Assembly: GCA_020848075.1 (NCBI GenBank)
Contig: JADLAV010000031.1
Span: 7,026-71,025, forward strand
Length of the DNA stretch: 64,000 bases
DNA from: Burkholderiales bacterium
GTDB taxonomy: Bacteria > Pseudomonadota > Gammaproteobacteria > Burkholderiales > SG8-39
Direction of reading: 5' to 3'
Positions 1 to 10,771 of this stretch are shown one piece after another. Under the pieces are notes generated by a model. It had not been told where the DNA came from and made no database searches. It was given only the letters and a program-made list of their open reading frames with translations. The number at the start of each line of letters is the position of its first letter. Position 1 is the first letter of the stretch. Position numbers and translations under genes: made by a program.

Positions 1-422
1 CCACCGGCGGGACCCAGCGTGTTGCGCCCAGCCGCACCAGCAGCGCGAGCGTGCGCGCGTTGTAGACGTTGAGATGCGGCCCCGCGACGAACGGCACGCG
101 GCCCGCGAGCAGACTCACCGCCGACATGTCGTTCGCCTCCACGCGGAACTCGTTGTCGTCCGCCAGCCTGCGCAGCGCGCGCAGGTCGGACTCCGACTCG
201 ACGAGCGCCTGCGAGCAGAGCACCACCTCCTTTCCCGCCTCGAGCAACCGTCGCGCCGTCGCCAGCCAGTCGGCGAGGCGCATCTCGTGGCGGCGCGAAC
301 ACACCGCCTCGCCGAGGTAGACGATGTCCACCGGCGATGACGACGCCTCCGCGTAGAATGCGAGCAGCCGCTCGCGCGGCCAGTAGTAGAGCACGGGTCC
401 AAGCGCCAGCTTCAAGGTCACG
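1..422 (-). CDS. ubiV: U32-family protein UbiV (accessory subunit of O2-independent ubiquinone hydroxylation); N-terminal part only, gene runs off the left edge
   Basis: Not in the ORF track because it is open at the window edge. My translation of the minus strand from GTG at 422 gives VTLKLALGPVLYYWPRERLLAFYAEASSSPVDIVYLGEAVCSRR...PFVAGPHLNVYNARTL. This matches the N-terminal layout I recall for E. coli YhbV/UbiV (LGPVLWYWP..VIYLGEAVCSKR..PFVAGHALNCYN). It lies 41 nt downstream of ubiU. Confidence 0.75.
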
Positions 423-463
423 TTCCCGTTGTCGAGACTCTCAGGGCTGCTGTGACGCGCGGG

Positions 464-1459
464 TCACTTCCACGGCCGGTGGTAGGCGCCGAGCGTCTGG
501 CTGCGGCCCTCCGAGACCCGGCGGAGCTCCGCATCCCACTCCGGCCTCACGGCGAACCGAGCGGCATTCGCACGGCACGCATCGATCGCCGCACGCCAGA
601 CACGGGTCACCTGTGCGACATAGGCGGGACTGCGCTGCCGCCCCTCGATCTTCACCGCACGCACGCCGATGCGCGCAAGCTGGGGAAGGAGCTCGAGCGT
701 GTTCAGGCTCGCCGGCTCCTCGATCGCGTAGTACACGTCCTCCGCGACCTCGAAGCGGCCCTTGCAAAGCGTCGGGTATCCCGCGTTCTCGCCCGCGCTG
801 AAGCGATTGATGAGGATTCCGCCGAGCCGCGATTCGAGCCCGCGTGGCGTCTGCTCCCACCGCACCGCACGCGCCGGGGAGCAAGCGCCAGCGGTGTTCG
901 GCGACTCCCCAGTCACGTAGGAGGAGAGCTGGCAGCGTCCCTCCACCATGACGCAGAGCCCGCCGAATCCGAATACCTCGATCTCGACCTCGGTCTGCGC
1001 GATGAGCTGCTCGACCTGCTGGATCGCCAGCACCCGCGGCAGGACGGCCCGCTGCACGCCGAAGAGCCGTCGATACAGATTGATCGCCTCGTGCGTGGTG
1101 GCCGATCCCTGCACCGAGAGGTGCAGCCGCAGCTGCGGATGACGCGCCGCTGCGTATTCCATGAGCCCGAGGTCCGCGAGAATCACCGCATCGACGCCTC
1201 GCTCGGCCGCGAGGTCGATCGCGCTGGTCCATCGCGCCCAGCCGTCCGGCTGCGGGTACGTGTTGACCGCGAGCAGCACCTTGCGGCCGTGCGCGTGCGC
1301 ATACTTGAGCGCCTGGTCGAGCGCAGCGACGTCGAAGTTCAGGCCGGCGAAGTTGCGCGCGTTGGTTTCGTCGCGCAGACCGAGATAGACGCAATCGGCC
1401 CCGTTGTCGACGGCCGCCTTGAGCGCGGGCAGGCTCCCCGCGGGACAGACCAGTTCCAT
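464..1459 (-). CDS. ubiU: U32-family Fe-S protein UbiU (O2-independent ubiquinone biosynthesis hydroxylase subunit)
   Basis: ORF 464..1582 trimmed to MELVCPAGSLPALKAAVDNGADCVYLG (ATG at 1459, 331 aa, the size of E. coli YhbU/UbiU). It has a peptidase-U32 fold signature and conserved Cys residues (GGLCVMVEGRCQLSSY, AGACSP, PTLCKGRF). It is followed by ubiV. Confidence 0.8.
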   Translation of the reverse strand: MELVCPAGSLPALKAAVDNGADCVYLGLRDETNARNFAGLNFDVAALDQALKYAHAHGRKVLLAVNTYPQPDGWARWTSAIDLAAERGVDAVILADLGLMEYAAARHPQLRLHLSVQGSATTHEAINLYRRLFGVQRAVLPRVLAIQQVEQLIAQTEVEIEVFGFGGLCVMVEGRCQLSSYVTGESPNTAGACSPARAVRWEQTPRGLESRLGGILINRFSAGENAGYPTLCKGRFEVAEDVYYAIEEPASLNTLELLPQLARIGVRAVKIEGRQRSPAYVAQVTRVWRAAIDACRANAARFAVRPEWDAELRRVSEGRSQTLGAYHRPWK

Positions 1460-1695
1460 GTGTCGGCTGAGCGATGTCCGCGGCCGGCGGCGAAGGGTCG
1501 CTGCGATCCGCGGTACAGGCGGCAACGTTTCAGGCGCCGCCTCGCCCAGTATATCGGCCCGCCCGCGACGCCCGCTGCGCAAGCGCGGTTTGTGTGATAC
1601 CGATCACACGCCCGCGGGCACTCGCCCTCCACCCGGCCCGATCCAGCGCATGCGCGGGACCATGGATCGCGGAGAGGCGGGCAACGCGGTGGCGG

Positions 1696-4155
1696 CTACC
1701 CGTTGCCGCCGAGCTCGGGCTTCGGAACGGTCCTCAACCCCGTCGGCTTGAGCCGATCGGGAAGCACACGCCCCATGCGCGCGCGATGGCCGGCGTAATG
1801 CGAGAGCTTTTCGCCGGCGAGCTTCACTTCCTTCTCCTTGCCGCCGCGGCCCGTACCCTCGACCCTCAGCTCTTTCTGGTTGCTGATAAGCACTGCGACG
1901 AGTTGCTCGTTCTCTTCGAGCCCCATGATGATGACCCCGCGGCCGCGCGCCATCTCGCGCATCTCGCCGATATCGAAGGTGAGCAGCCTGCCCTCGGCCG
2001 CAACGGCGGCAACGTAGTTTCCCCGAGCCTCCTCGTACACCGCGGGCGCAAGCGGAACCTCGCCCTCCTCGACGGACATGAACTCGCGCCCGGCGCGGCG
2101 GTTGGAGACCATGTCGCCGATCGTGCAGAGGAACCCGTAGCCGCCGCTCGACGCGACCATCACCTTCGTCTCCGGCTTGCCGCCGACGCACTGGACGATG
2201 CGCGCCCCCTCCTGCAGATCCACCAGGGAGGATACGGGCGCGCCGTCGCCACGCGCGGGCGGCAGATCGCCGGCCTGCACCGTGTACGCACGGCCCTTCG
2301 AGTCGAGGAACACGACCGGATCGACCGTGCGGCACGGGATCAGCGCCTGCAGCGAGTCGCCTTCCTTGAACGACAGTCCCTGCGGATCCACTGCCCAGCC
2401 CTGGCGCACGCGCACCCAGCCGTTGCGCGAGAAGATCACCGTGACCGGCTCGTCGATCACCGGCGTCTCCACCGCTGCCTTCTCCGATTCCTCGATCTTC
2501 GTGCGGCGCTTGTCGCCGAACGTCGCAGCGTCGCGCTCGATCTCGTCGACGACCAGCGCCTCGAGCGCCTTGCGGCTGCCGAGCACTTTCTCCAGCGCCT
2601 TCTGCTCCTTGCGCAGGTCGCCGAGCTCCTGCTCGATCTTGATGTGCTCGAGCTTGGCGAGCTGCCGCAGGCGGATCTCGAGGATGTCCTCGGCCTGCCG
2701 GTCGGTGAGCTTGAAGGCCTTGATGAGCTCGGCCTTGGGCTCGTCGGCGTTCCGGATGATCTTGATCACCCGGTCCACGTTGAGGAGCACGATCATGCGC
2801 CCCTCGAGGATGTGAATCCGGTCGAGCACCTTTTCGAGCCGGAACCGCGTGCGCCGCGTGACGGTGGCGAAGCGGAAGTCGAGCCACTCCCGGAAGACGT
2901 CCAGCAGGCCCTTTCCGGCCGGACGGCCGTCCAGTCCGACCATGACGAGGTTGATCGGAACGTTCGTCTCCATGCTCGTCTTGGCGAGCAGGAGTTTCAC
3001 GAACTCCTCCTCGTCCACGCGCGAGGTCTTCGGCTCGAACACCAGGCGGACCGCGTGCGTGCGGTCCGACTCGTCGCGCGCCCGGTCCAGCATCGCGAGC
3101 ATGAGCTGCTTCTCGCGCAGCTGGTCCGGCGCGAGCGACTTCTTGCCCGGCTTCGGCTGCGGGTTCGTGATCGCGTCGATCTCCTCCAGCACCTTGCGCG
3201 CGGAGGCGCCCGGCGGAAGCTCGTGCACGACCACCTGCCACTGGGCGCGGGCAAGCCGCTCGACGGTCCAGCGCGCCCGCACCCGCACCGATCCGCGCCC
3301 GCTCTCGTACGCCGCCCGGATCTCGGCACGTGGCGTGATGATCTGGCCGCCGCCCGCGAAGTCCGGCCCCTTGACGTGCTTCATCAGGCCCGCCAACGAG
3401 ATTGCGGGATCGCGGATCATCGCGACGGCGGCCTGCGCCACTTCGTTCAGGTTGTGGCTCGGAACCTCGGTTGCCATCCCCACCGCGATCCCCGACGAGC
3501 CGTTCAGCAGCACGACCGGCAGACGCGCCGGCAACACCTCCGGCTCCTCCATGCTGCCGTCGTAGTTCGGGGCGAAATCCACGGTGCCGCTATCGAGCTC
3601 GGCAAGCAGCACCTCGGCGAACCTGGTGAGACGCGCCTCCGTGTAGCGCATCGCCGCCGGATCGTCGCCGTCGCGCGACCCGAAGTTCCCCTCGCCGTCG
3701 ACCAGGGGATAGCGCATCGTGAACTCCTGCGCGAGGCGCACCAGCGCGTCGTACACCGATGCGTCCCCGTGCGGGTGGAACTTGCCGAGCACGTCGCCGA
3801 CCACGCGCGCAGACTTCTTGCGCGGCGTGCCGGAGCGCCCGCCCATTTCCCACATCGCGTAGAGGATGCGCGCCTGCACCGGCTTCTGGCCGTCGGCAAC
3901 GCGCGGGAGCGCACGGTCCTTGACCGTGGCGATCGCATACTGCAGGTACTGCGAAGCCGCATACTTCCCGAGCGGCAGGGCGTCCCCGAGCTCGCCCGCG
4001 AGCGGCGCGAAATGCGGCGGCAGACGCGAGCCGCCGCCCGAGGCGCCACCGCTTTCTCCACCTTCGGCGGTCCTCTCCGTCGCCACGGCTTTCTTGCGCT
4101 CGACTACCGCGACGTCGCCGCCGGCGGCCTCGAACAGGTCCTTCTGGTCGTCCAT
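1696..4155 (-). CDS. parC: DNA topoisomerase IV subunit A
   Basis: 828-aa ORF with GyrA/ParC motifs ([41 protein letters not shown]). It lies directly downstream of parE. Start taken at MDDQKDLFE (4155); the upstream ATG at 4182 would overlap parE. Confidence 0.9.
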   Translation of the reverse strand: MDDQKDLFEAAGGDVAVVERKKAVATERTAEGGESGGASGGGSRLPPHFAPLAGELGDALPLGKYAASQYLQYAIATVKDRALPRVADGQKPVQARILYAMWEMGGRSGTPRKKSARVVGDVLGKFHPHGDASVYDALVRLAQEFTMRYPLVDGEGNFGSRDGDDPAAMRYTEARLTRFAEVLLAELDSGTVDFAPNYDGSMEEPEVLPARLPVVLLNGSSGIAVGMATEVPSHNLNEVAQAAVAMIRDPAISLAGLMKHVKGPDFAGGGQIITPRAEIRAAYESGRGSVRVRARWTVERLARAQWQVVVHELPPGASARKVLEEIDAITNPQPKPGKKSLAPDQLREKQLMLAMLDRARDESDRTHAVRLVFEPKTSRVDEEEFVKLLLAKTSMETNVPINLVMVGLDGRPAGKGLLDVFREWLDFRFATVTRRTRFRLEKVLDRIHILEGRMIVLLNVDRVIKIIRNADEPKAELIKAFKLTDRQAEDILEIRLRQLAKLEHIKIEQELGDLRKEQKALEKVLGSRKALEALVVDEIERDAATFGDKRRTKIEESEKAAVETPVIDEPVTVIFSRNGWVRVRQGWAVDPQGLSFKEGDSLQALIPCRTVDPVVFLDSKGRAYTVQAGDLPPARGDGAPVSSLVDLQEGARIVQCVGGKPETKVMVASSGGYGFLCTIGDMVSNRRAGREFMSVEEGEVPLAPAVYEEARGNYVAAVAAEGRLLTFDIGEMREMARGRGVIIMGLEENEQLVAVLISNQKELRVEGTGRGGKEKEVKLAGEKLSHYAGHRARMGRVLPDRLKPTGLRTVPKPELGGNG

Positions 4156-4165
4156 CGTCCGGCTC

Positions 4166-6157
4166 TTACGAGATGTCGGCATCGACGAGGTTGCCGTAGG
4201 TTTCCATCCACTCGCGCCGCGCCGGCGCGTTCTCGCGCGCCATCATCATGTTGAACACGTCGCGGTCGGCCTCGAACATCCCGTCCTCGATCCGGACCGG
4301 CAGCATCCTGCGCGTGTCCGGGTTCAACGTCGTCTCCCACAGCTGCTCGGGGCTCATCTCGCCGAGCCCCTTGAAGCGGCTCACCGTCCAGGCGCCATCG
4401 CGTACGCCTTCGTCGCGCAGCTTCTCCTCCATCGCGGCAAGCTCCTGCTTGTCGAGCGCGTAGAGCTTGCGGGCCGGCTTGCCCTTCCCCTGGGAGGGCA
4501 CGTCGATGCGAAAGAGCGGCGGCTGCGCCACGAAGAGGTTGCCCTGCTCGATCAGCTTCGGGAAGTGGCGAAAGAAGAGCGTGAGCAGCAGAACCTGGAT
4601 GTGGGACCCGTCGACGTCGGCGTCGGCGAGGATGACGATCTTGCGGTATCGCAGCCCCGACAGATCGACCGCGCCCTCGAGCGCGTGCGGCTCGACGCCG
4701 ATCGCGAGCGCGATGGCCTCGATTTCCTTGTTCGAGTAGAGCGACTCCGGGCTGTCCTGCCAGGTGTTCTTCGGCTTGCCCTTCAGCGGCAGCACTGCCT
4801 GGAACTCCTTGTCGCGGGCCTGTTTCGCGGAGCCGCCCGCCGAATCGCCCTCGACGATGAAGAGCTCGTTGCGCTCGGGATCGTCGGATGCGCAGTCGGT
4901 GAGCTTGCCGGGCAGCACCGCCACGCCGGAAGCCTTGCGGCGCTCCACCTTCTGGGCCGCACGCGTGCGCGCGAGCGCCTGGTGGATGGCGAGCTCGGCG
5001 ATGCGCTTGCCCTCGTCGACGTGCTGGTTCAGCCAGAGCTCGAAGGGATCGCGCACCATCTGACCCACCAGCTTCACGCCGTCGCGCGAGATGAGCTCGT
5101 TCTTCACCTGGCCCTTGAACTGCGGATCGAGCATCTTGACGGCGAGCACGTACGAGGCGCGCGACCAGACGTCCTCCGGCACGATCTTCAGCCCGCGCTG
5201 GCCCATCGCGTGGTGGTCGATGAAGCTCTTCACGGCGTTGTAGACGCCCTCGCGCAGGCCCGCGACGTGCGTGCCGCCGAGGCGCGTGGGAATCATGTTC
5301 ACGTAGGACTCGGCGACGACCTCGCCTTCGGGCGTCCACGCGATCGCCCACAGCGCGCCCTCGCCCTCGGCGAAGCTGTCCGACTCGGACTGTGCGGCGA
5401 TGTACCGCTCGCCGAGAAACGGCTCGGCCACGGCTTCGCGCTCGACCATCGCTTCGCCGAAGTACCCGCGGATGCCCTCCGGGAAGTGCCACGTCGTGGT
5501 CTCGATCTTGCCGCTTCTCTCCACGCCAAGCGTGAAGCGCACGCCGGGCAGCAGCATCGCCTTAGCGCGCAGGAGCGCGGCAATCTCCGCCGATGCGATC
5601 TTGGGCGAATCGAAGTACCCCGGATCGGGCCAGAACCGGATTCGCGTGCCCGTCTCGCGCGGGCCGACGCTCTTCACCTTCTTGAGCGGCTCCTTGACCT
5701 TGCCGTTGTCCGCAAACACCAGGCGGTAGAGGGCGCCGTCGCGCTTGACCTCGACCTCGAGCCGCCTCGCGAGCGCGTTGGTGACGCAGACGCCGACACC
5801 GTGCAGGCCGCCGGCGATCCGGTAGACGGCGTCGGCGTCGGTTTTCCTGAACTTGCCGCCCGAGTGCAGCGTGGTGAAGATCACCTGGACGGCGGGAACC
5901 TTCTTCTTCGGATGCAGCTCGACCGGAATGCCCCGCCCGTCGTCCTCGACCGCTGCCGATCCATCCTCGTGCAGAACGACCGAAATGCTCTTGGCGAACC
6001 CGGCGAGGCCTTCGTCGGAGGCGTTGTCGATCACCTCGACCAACGCGTGGTTGGGGTTGGCCGGATCGGTGTACATCCCCGGCCGGTGGAGGATCGGAGA
6101 GAGATCCTCAAGGATTTCAATGTCTTCTGCGCGGTATTGGTCTGCCTTGCGTGCCAT
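4166..6157 (-). CDS. parE: DNA topoisomerase IV subunit B
   Basis: GHKL ATPase and Toprim motifs ([37 protein letters not shown]). Start taken at [16 protein letters not shown] (6157); the track's longest ORF starts at 6211. Confidence 0.9.
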   Translation of the reverse strand: MARKADQYRAEDIEILEDLSPILHRPGMYTDPANPNHALVEVIDNASDEGLAGFAKSISVVLHEDGSAAVEDDGRGIPVELHPKKKVPAVQVIFTTLHSGGKFRKTDADAVYRIAGGLHGVGVCVTNALARRLEVEVKRDGALYRLVFADNGKVKEPLKKVKSVGPRETGTRIRFWPDPGYFDSPKIASAEIAALLRAKAMLLPGVRFTLGVERSGKIETTTWHFPEGIRGYFGEAMVEREAVAEPFLGERYIAAQSESDSFAEGEGALWAIAWTPEGEVVAESYVNMIPTRLGGTHVAGLREGVYNAVKSFIDHHAMGQRGLKIVPEDVWSRASYVLAVKMLDPQFKGQVKNELISRDGVKLVGQMVRDPFELWLNQHVDEGKRIAELAIHQALARTRAAQKVERRKASGVAVLPGKLTDCASDDPERNELFIVEGDSAGGSAKQARDKEFQAVLPLKGKPKNTWQDSPESLYSNKEIEAIALAIGVEPHALEGAVDLSGLRYRKIVILADADVDGSHIQVLLLTLFFRHFPKLIEQGNLFVAQPPLFRIDVPSQGKGKPARKLYALDKQELAAMEEKLRDEGVRDGAWTVSRFKGLGEMSPEQLWETTLNPDTRRMLPVRIEDGMFEADRDVFNMMMARENAPARREWMETYGNLVDADIS

Positions 6158-6371
6158 CGTCCTGCGTGCCCCGACCCACGACCCATTGCGCTCGGCAACC
6201 CTGCCGGCCACGATGGGTTGTGATCATACTCTCGCGGATGCCGGCGTGCATGCCGCCGCCGTGCGATTTTCGACGAAACGGGCGTTCCCGGCGCGGCCAC
6301 CCGACACCCCAGCCGGGCGCGCCGGCGCACCTCAACCGAGTGCGTGCTGTCCCCCGGCACCAACGGGACGG

Positions 6372-7229
6372 TCAGAGCTGTCGCGCGCCGAACGTGTCGC
6401 AGGCGCCGACGTCACCGCTTTCCAGGCCGCGACGGAACCAGTGGACGCGCTGCTCGGACGAGCCGTGCGTGAAGGCTTCCGGCACCACGTAGCCTTGCGC
6501 ACGGCGTTGCAGCCGGTCGTCTCCGATCGCGGCTGCTGCGCGAAGCCCGGCCTCGATGTCGCGGGTGTCGACGAGCCCGCGCCGTGCAGCGTAGTGACCC
6601 CAGACACCCGCAAAGCAATCGGCTTGCAGCTCCTGGCGCACCGAAAGCGCATTGGCCTCCACCGGCGAGCGCCGCTTGCGCTCGCGCACGACCTGATCCG
6701 ACACCCCGAGCAACGCCTGCACATGGTGCCCGACCTCGTGCGCGACGACGTATGCGCGCGCGAACTCGCCCGGCGCGCCGAATCGCTGCGCGAGCTCGTC
6801 GAAGAACTCGAGGTCCAGGTAGACGTTGCGGTCGCCCGGACAGTAGAACGGGCCGACGGCCGCGCTCGCGAAGCCGCATGCGGAGGCAACCTGCCCGCGA
6901 TACAGGACGAGCCGCGGCTCCTGGTACTGGCGGCCTCCGGCCGCGAGCACCCCGCGCCACGTGTCCTCCGTATCGCCGACCACCGCACGCACGAAATCGG
7001 CCTGCTCGTCACCCCGCGGCGACGCGGGCGCCCCGCTCTGCTGGACCGGCCCGGACATCTCGGCCACCGGTCCGAGCAGCTCGAGCGGATTGATCCCCAG
7101 AACGAAGCTCACCAGCACGACGATGACGAGCCCGAGACCGCCGATCTTTACCGGCGCCGTTCCGCCGCCAAGGAGCGCCCCACGGCGATCCTCGACGTTC
7201 TCGCTCCGGCGCATGTCGTCCCAGCGCAT
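6372..7229 (-). CDS. ypfJ: YpfJ-family neutral zinc metallopeptidase, membrane-anchored
   Basis: The N-terminus MRWDDMRRSENVEDRRG, a single TM segment, HEVGHH zinc motif, ELQADCFAGVWG and FTHGSSEQRVHWFRRG are collinear with E. coli YpfJ as I remember it. Confidence 0.85.
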   Translation of the reverse strand: MRWDDMRRSENVEDRRGALLGGGTAPVKIGGLGLVIVVLVSFVLGINPLELLGPVAEMSGPVQQSGAPASPRGDEQADFVRAVVGDTEDTWRGVLAAGGRQYQEPRLVLYRGQVASACGFASAAVGPFYCPGDRNVYLDLEFFDELAQRFGAPGEFARAYVVAHEVGHHVQALLGVSDQVVRERKRRSPVEANALSVRQELQADCFAGVWGHYAARRGLVDTRDIEAGLRAAAAIGDDRLQRRAQGYVVPEAFTHGSSEQRVHWFRRGLESGDVGACDTFGARQL

Positions 7230-7269
7230 CGCTTCCTCCTTGGCGCGACCGGTCGTGTCGCGTGCGCGA

Positions 7270-7605
7270 CTAACCGAGCCGCTTCGCGATCAACTGCGCA
7301 TCGCCCACGACCTTGAGCGGGATACCGCCCCACAGGATCGCGGCGTAGAAGTGATTCTCGAGCTTCGCCTTGGCGAGCGCTTCCCACTGGTAGCCGTTCA
7401 GCAGGATGATCTGCCCGGTCATGCCGAGCTCGCCGATCACGGTGAAGGCGCCCTCGACCACTTTTCCGGTCGGAGGCTTGTCCCACGTCACCGGGTCGAC
7501 GCCGCCGACCGTTTTCGGCTCCTCGCCCGGATATACCGAATAGACTCCGCTTGCGCCATCGCTCGTGCGCAACGAAGCGGCCAAACGGGTACCCCGCGGC
7601 TTCAT
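7270..7605 (-). CDS. Conserved hypothetical protein, family not recognised
   Basis: ORF 7270..7635 has genome-typical GC-rich codons in its C-terminal two thirds (..GKVVEGAFTVIGELGMTGQIILLNGYQWEALAKAKLENHFYAAILWGGIPLKVVG..). Start uncertain: ATG 7605 (MKPRGT) or 7635. I recognise no motif. Confidence 0.5.
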   Translation of the reverse strand: MKPRGTRLAASLRTSDGASGVYSVYPGEEPKTVGGVDPVTWDKPPTGKVVEGAFTVIGELGMTGQIILLNGYQWEALAKAKLENHFYAAILWGGIPLKVVGDAQLIAKRLG

Positions 7606-7783
7606 CGGTCCTCGCTCCGATCCCGGTTCAGCCACCGGACGCCTGCGTCCATAAAGGTAACGGGGCTTGAAGCAGACCTTCTTTGTTCTTCGTGAATATT
7701 TTCAGTCACTTTTCTGACACCGTTCCTCGCGTCGGATCTCGAATTCCCATCGGCGGCTGGCAAAGCAGCATCATTCGATGGAT

Positions 7784-8602
7784 TCACTGGATGATGTAGC
7801 CGCCATCCACAACGAGATTATGCCCCTGGATATAGGTCGCCGCCGTTGACGCGAGGAAGACGACGGCCTCGGCGACCTCCTCGGGAGTACCGAGCCGTTT
7901 GGCGGGCACCGCCGCAAGCCGCTGCTCCAGCAGTCCCGGCTCGCGTCGCAGGCGCTGCAAGTAGTATTCGGTCCCGATCGGGCCCGGACTGACGGCGTTC
8001 ACGAGAATGTTCTCCTGCGCGAGTTCCAGCGCCATGATGCGTGCGAGATGGATCATGGCCGCTTTGGTCATCCCATAGAGCGCCGCACCGGGATCCGCGA
8101 CGAGCCCGAGCTGGCTCGCCATGTGGATGATGCGGCCGCCGCCCGCCCGCCGCATGAACGGCAGCACGGCCTGACTGAGCAGCAACGCAGCGCGCAGATT
8201 GATGGCAAAGATGCGATCGAAGTCCTCCGCCGAGAATTCTCCGAACGGGCGGCGGATACGGATGGCTGCGTTATTTACGAGGACATCGATGCGATGGAAC
8301 GCATCGTAGGCCGCGGCCGCGATCGCCTTTGCCGAGGACGATTCCGCGAGATCGAATACCCCGAAGGCACAGGGCGCGGCGTCGGGGTGGGCGTGCTCGC
8401 AAGCCGTAGCGACCGCGCGGAGCTCGTCCTCCGTGCCGTCGGCGACAAGGAAGACTTGAAATCCGGCCCGGGCGAGCGCGATTGCGCAGGCCGCACCGAT
8501 GCCGCGCGAGGCGCCCGTGACCACGGCGGCCCTTGACCTACTGCCGTCGGTCGATGGGGCAGTGCCAGGCATCGCCTCGATCCGCGCCCGGTGCGGGGTC
8601 AC
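7784..8602 (-). CDS. Short-chain dehydrogenase/reductase (SDR) family oxidoreductase
   Basis: Rossmann motif VVTGASRGIGAA, NNAA motif, and the catalytic region SQLG..YGMTKAA (Ser-Tyr-Lys). GTG start at 8602 is preceded by GGGGAG. Confidence 0.85.
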   Translation of the reverse strand: MTPHRARIEAMPGTAPSTDGSRSRAAVVTGASRGIGAACAIALARAGFQVFLVADGTEDELRAVATACEHAHPDAAPCAFGVFDLAESSSAKAIAAAAYDAFHRIDVLVNNAAIRIRRPFGEFSAEDFDRIFAINLRAALLLSQAVLPFMRRAGGGRIIHMASQLGLVADPGAALYGMTKAAMIHLARIMALELAQENILVNAVSPGPIGTEYYLQRLRREPGLLEQRLAAVPAKRLGTPEEVAEAVVFLASTAATYIQGHNLVVDGGYIIQ

Positions 8603-8722
8603 GCATTGCTCCCCGCGATGTCAACGGTACAGTCATGACCTGCAACCGGGCGAAGGCAGAAGATGGCGTTCGCGGCGCCGGACGCCAAGGCATTGCTGAC
8701 GCGCGTCCGGTCGCCGCCCCTG

Positions 8723-9778
8723 CTACTTGTTCTTGCAGGCTCCCAACGGCGGCGGCATGCGCTCTGCTCTCGGCGGAAGGAATGCCTCAGTGTAGACGCT
8801 GTCGTTGGGGATCGGCTCCTTGAAATTGAACGCCCGCCGGATCTCATCGATCGAGTCGCTCAGACGCTTCGGATCGACTGCGCTGAGTCCCTCCTTGTTG
8901 AAGTTCGGCGTTGCCGTCAGGTTCAGCCCCACCATCAGCCGCCGGCACTCGATGTCGAGGTTGAGCAACGGGTCGCGCGCCTTCAGCGTGGCGACAGATG
9001 CATCGGGGTCGGCGATCGCGTCCTTGAGCGCCTGGTTGTAGGCACGGACGACGGCCGCGACGGTCTTCGGATTGCTCTCGACGAAGCTCGCTTTGGCAAA
9101 CAGCACCGTCCCGTACTGACTCAGGCCGAAGTCGTTGTAGTTGTAGACAATGACGTTTTCTTGCGGGATACCGAGCTCGACCAGACTCATCACGCTCGAG
9201 GTTACGAAGCCGGCGACGGCATCGACCTCGCCGCGCGCCAGCATCGGCTCGCGAAGCGCGCCACTGACCATCTTCCACTGAATCGTCGAGGGATCGACAC
9301 CTACCTTTCCGGCAAACAGCGGGAACATCGCGTGGGCGGCGCTGCCCGCGGTCGATCCAAGCGTCTTGCCTTCGAGATCTTTCGGCTTGGCGACACGGCG
9401 GCCCTTCACCGCCATCACCGCATTCGGCGACTTGTCGCCGGACATATAGACGCCGATCAAGCGCTGCCCTGGATTGGTAGCATCGTATTTGACCATGGTC
9501 GCGAAGTCCGCCCAGCCAAAATCGTATGCGCCCGAGGCGACGCGGATGATCGTTTCACCCGATCCGCCAGCGCGGTCGATCGTGACACTCACGCCTTCGC
9601 GCTGGAAATAACCGCGCTGCTCCGCCAACGTGAAGACCGATTGCGGACCCTGGAACGCCCAATCGAGCGTTATCTTGACGCTCTTCTTTTCGACATCGGC
9701 CTGAGCTGGCACGGCGGCCCACAGGAGCGCTGCAATGAGGAAGCTTCCTCGCATGAGGACCGTGAGTAGCGTTTGCAT
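8723..9778 (-). CDS. ABC transporter periplasmic substrate-binding protein, NMT1/THI5-like (NitT/TauT family)
   Basis: Signal peptide (..LLWAAVPAQA/DV). The mature N-terminus KITLDWAFQGPQSVFTLAEQRGYFQREGV is typical of NMT1/THI5-like SsuA/TauA-type binding proteins. It is in an operon with a matching permease and ATPase. Confidence 0.8.
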   Translation of the reverse strand: MQTLLTVLMRGSFLIAALLWAAVPAQADVEKKSVKITLDWAFQGPQSVFTLAEQRGYFQREGVSVTIDRAGGSGETIIRVASGAYDFGWADFATMVKYDATNPGQRLIGVYMSGDKSPNAVMAVKGRRVAKPKDLEGKTLGSTAGSAAHAMFPLFAGKVGVDPSTIQWKMVSGALREPMLARGEVDAVAGFVTSSVMSLVELGIPQENVIVYNYNDFGLSQYGTVLFAKASFVESNPKTVAAVVRAYNQALKDAIADPDASVATLKARDPLLNLDIECRRLMVGLNLTATPNFNKEGLSAVDPKRLSDSIDEIRRAFNFKEPIPNDSVYTEAFLPPRAERMPPPLGACKNK

Positions 9779-9831
9779 ATGACCTGCTCCTCCTTGGTTG
9801 ACACGTGCGCGGCCGTGTGCCGCGCGACTGC

Positions 9832-10758
9832 CTAGGCCCTGCCGCCGGAAGACGGGCCCTCACCTGGCACGATTCCCGGCGGCAGCGCGTAGCAGAACTC
9901 AGCGACGGCGCCAGGCTTCGTCCACCAGACGCGTGCAGCATCCGGATGTTGTACGCAATGCTGGAGCGCACGACGCAGATGGCGCAGGCGATGCGGCTGC
10001 CCCACGACGAAGGAATGAAGCGATATCGTCATCACCAACGGATGCGCAACGCATAGCTCGATCATCTCGTCGAACTGATCGATGATCATGTCTGCGAAAT
10101 CGCGACCGCTGTCTTTGCGGTGGATGACCGAGGCGGAATCATTCAATTCCGCGGGGTACGGCACCGACAACAACGGACCGGATCGTGTCTTCAACCAGAA
10201 CGGCTGGTCGTCGGCCGGCCAATCCATGACATACCGGTATCCCGCCTCCTTGAGCAGATCGGGCGTCAGGTTGCTTTCCGAGGCCGCCGGCCCCATCCAG
10301 CCCACGGGCGCTTTACCCTCCATTCGGCGGACCGTGTCAGTCACGTCCTCGATCAACCGCCGCTCATCGAGCTCCCACAGGTCGCCTTGCCGTTCCGAAT
10401 TGGTGCGTCCATGCCCGACGAGTTCATCCTGGCGCGCGCGGATGCGCTCGAAGATCTGGGGGTGATCGGCATAGAGCAGCGAATTGATGTTATGCGCAGC
10501 CGGTAAACCGAGCTGGTCGAACAGGTCAAACAAGCGCCAGACGCCGACCCGGTTACCATAATCGCGCCAAGCGAAGTTGCGCTGATTCTGCGGTTCTCCA
10601 GTCTTTGCCGGATCCCAGCCGAAGCCCTTGCGGTAAGCATAGACCTCCAGGTTGGTGACGATGCAGAGCGCGAGCCGCTTGCCGCCGGGCCAGCTGTAGT
10701 CCCGACGCTCGATGATGGGAGAAAAGCCGTACCGGCTGTGGTGAGGAAGCATATGCAA
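9832..10758 (-). CDS. Polysaccharide deacetylase (carbohydrate esterase 4 / PuuE-like fold) family protein
   Basis: 308 aa. N-terminal layout ..RRDYSWPGGKRLALCIVTNLEVY.. followed by ..LVGHGRTNSE.. resembles the PuuE/NodB-type deacetylase-amidohydrolase family. Substrate unknown. Confidence 0.65.
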   Translation of the reverse strand: MHMLPHHSRYGFSPIIERRDYSWPGGKRLALCIVTNLEVYAYRKGFGWDPAKTGEPQNQRNFAWRDYGNRVGVWRLFDLFDQLGLPAAHNINSLLYADHPQIFERIRARQDELVGHGRTNSERQGDLWELDERRLIEDVTDTVRRMEGKAPVGWMGPAASESNLTPDLLKEAGYRYVMDWPADDQPFWLKTRSGPLLSVPYPAELNDSASVIHRKDSGRDFADMIIDQFDEMIELCVAHPLVMTISLHSFVVGQPHRLRHLRRALQHCVQHPDAARVWWTKPGAVAEFCYALPPGIVPGEGPSSGGRA

Positions 10759-10771
10759 TCATCCGCCCTTG

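Noticed and set aside
1474-4254. 926-aa plus-strand ORF (and the similar 3866..6223, 785 aa) covering parC/parE on the opposite strand
   Set aside because: R/A/G/P/L-rich low-complexity translation with no motifs. It lies exactly antisense to genes with unambiguous topoisomerase IV motifs. This is a typical shadow ORF caused by stop-codon depletion in high-GC DNA.
7735-7762. GGATCTCGAATTCCCATC resembles the tRNA-Ser T-arm (GGGATTCGAACCCAC) and could mark the far att site of an islet
   Set aside because: The match needs three indels and does not extend into the acceptor stem/CCA region, which would form a real att core. It is indistinguishable from chance without a computed alignment.
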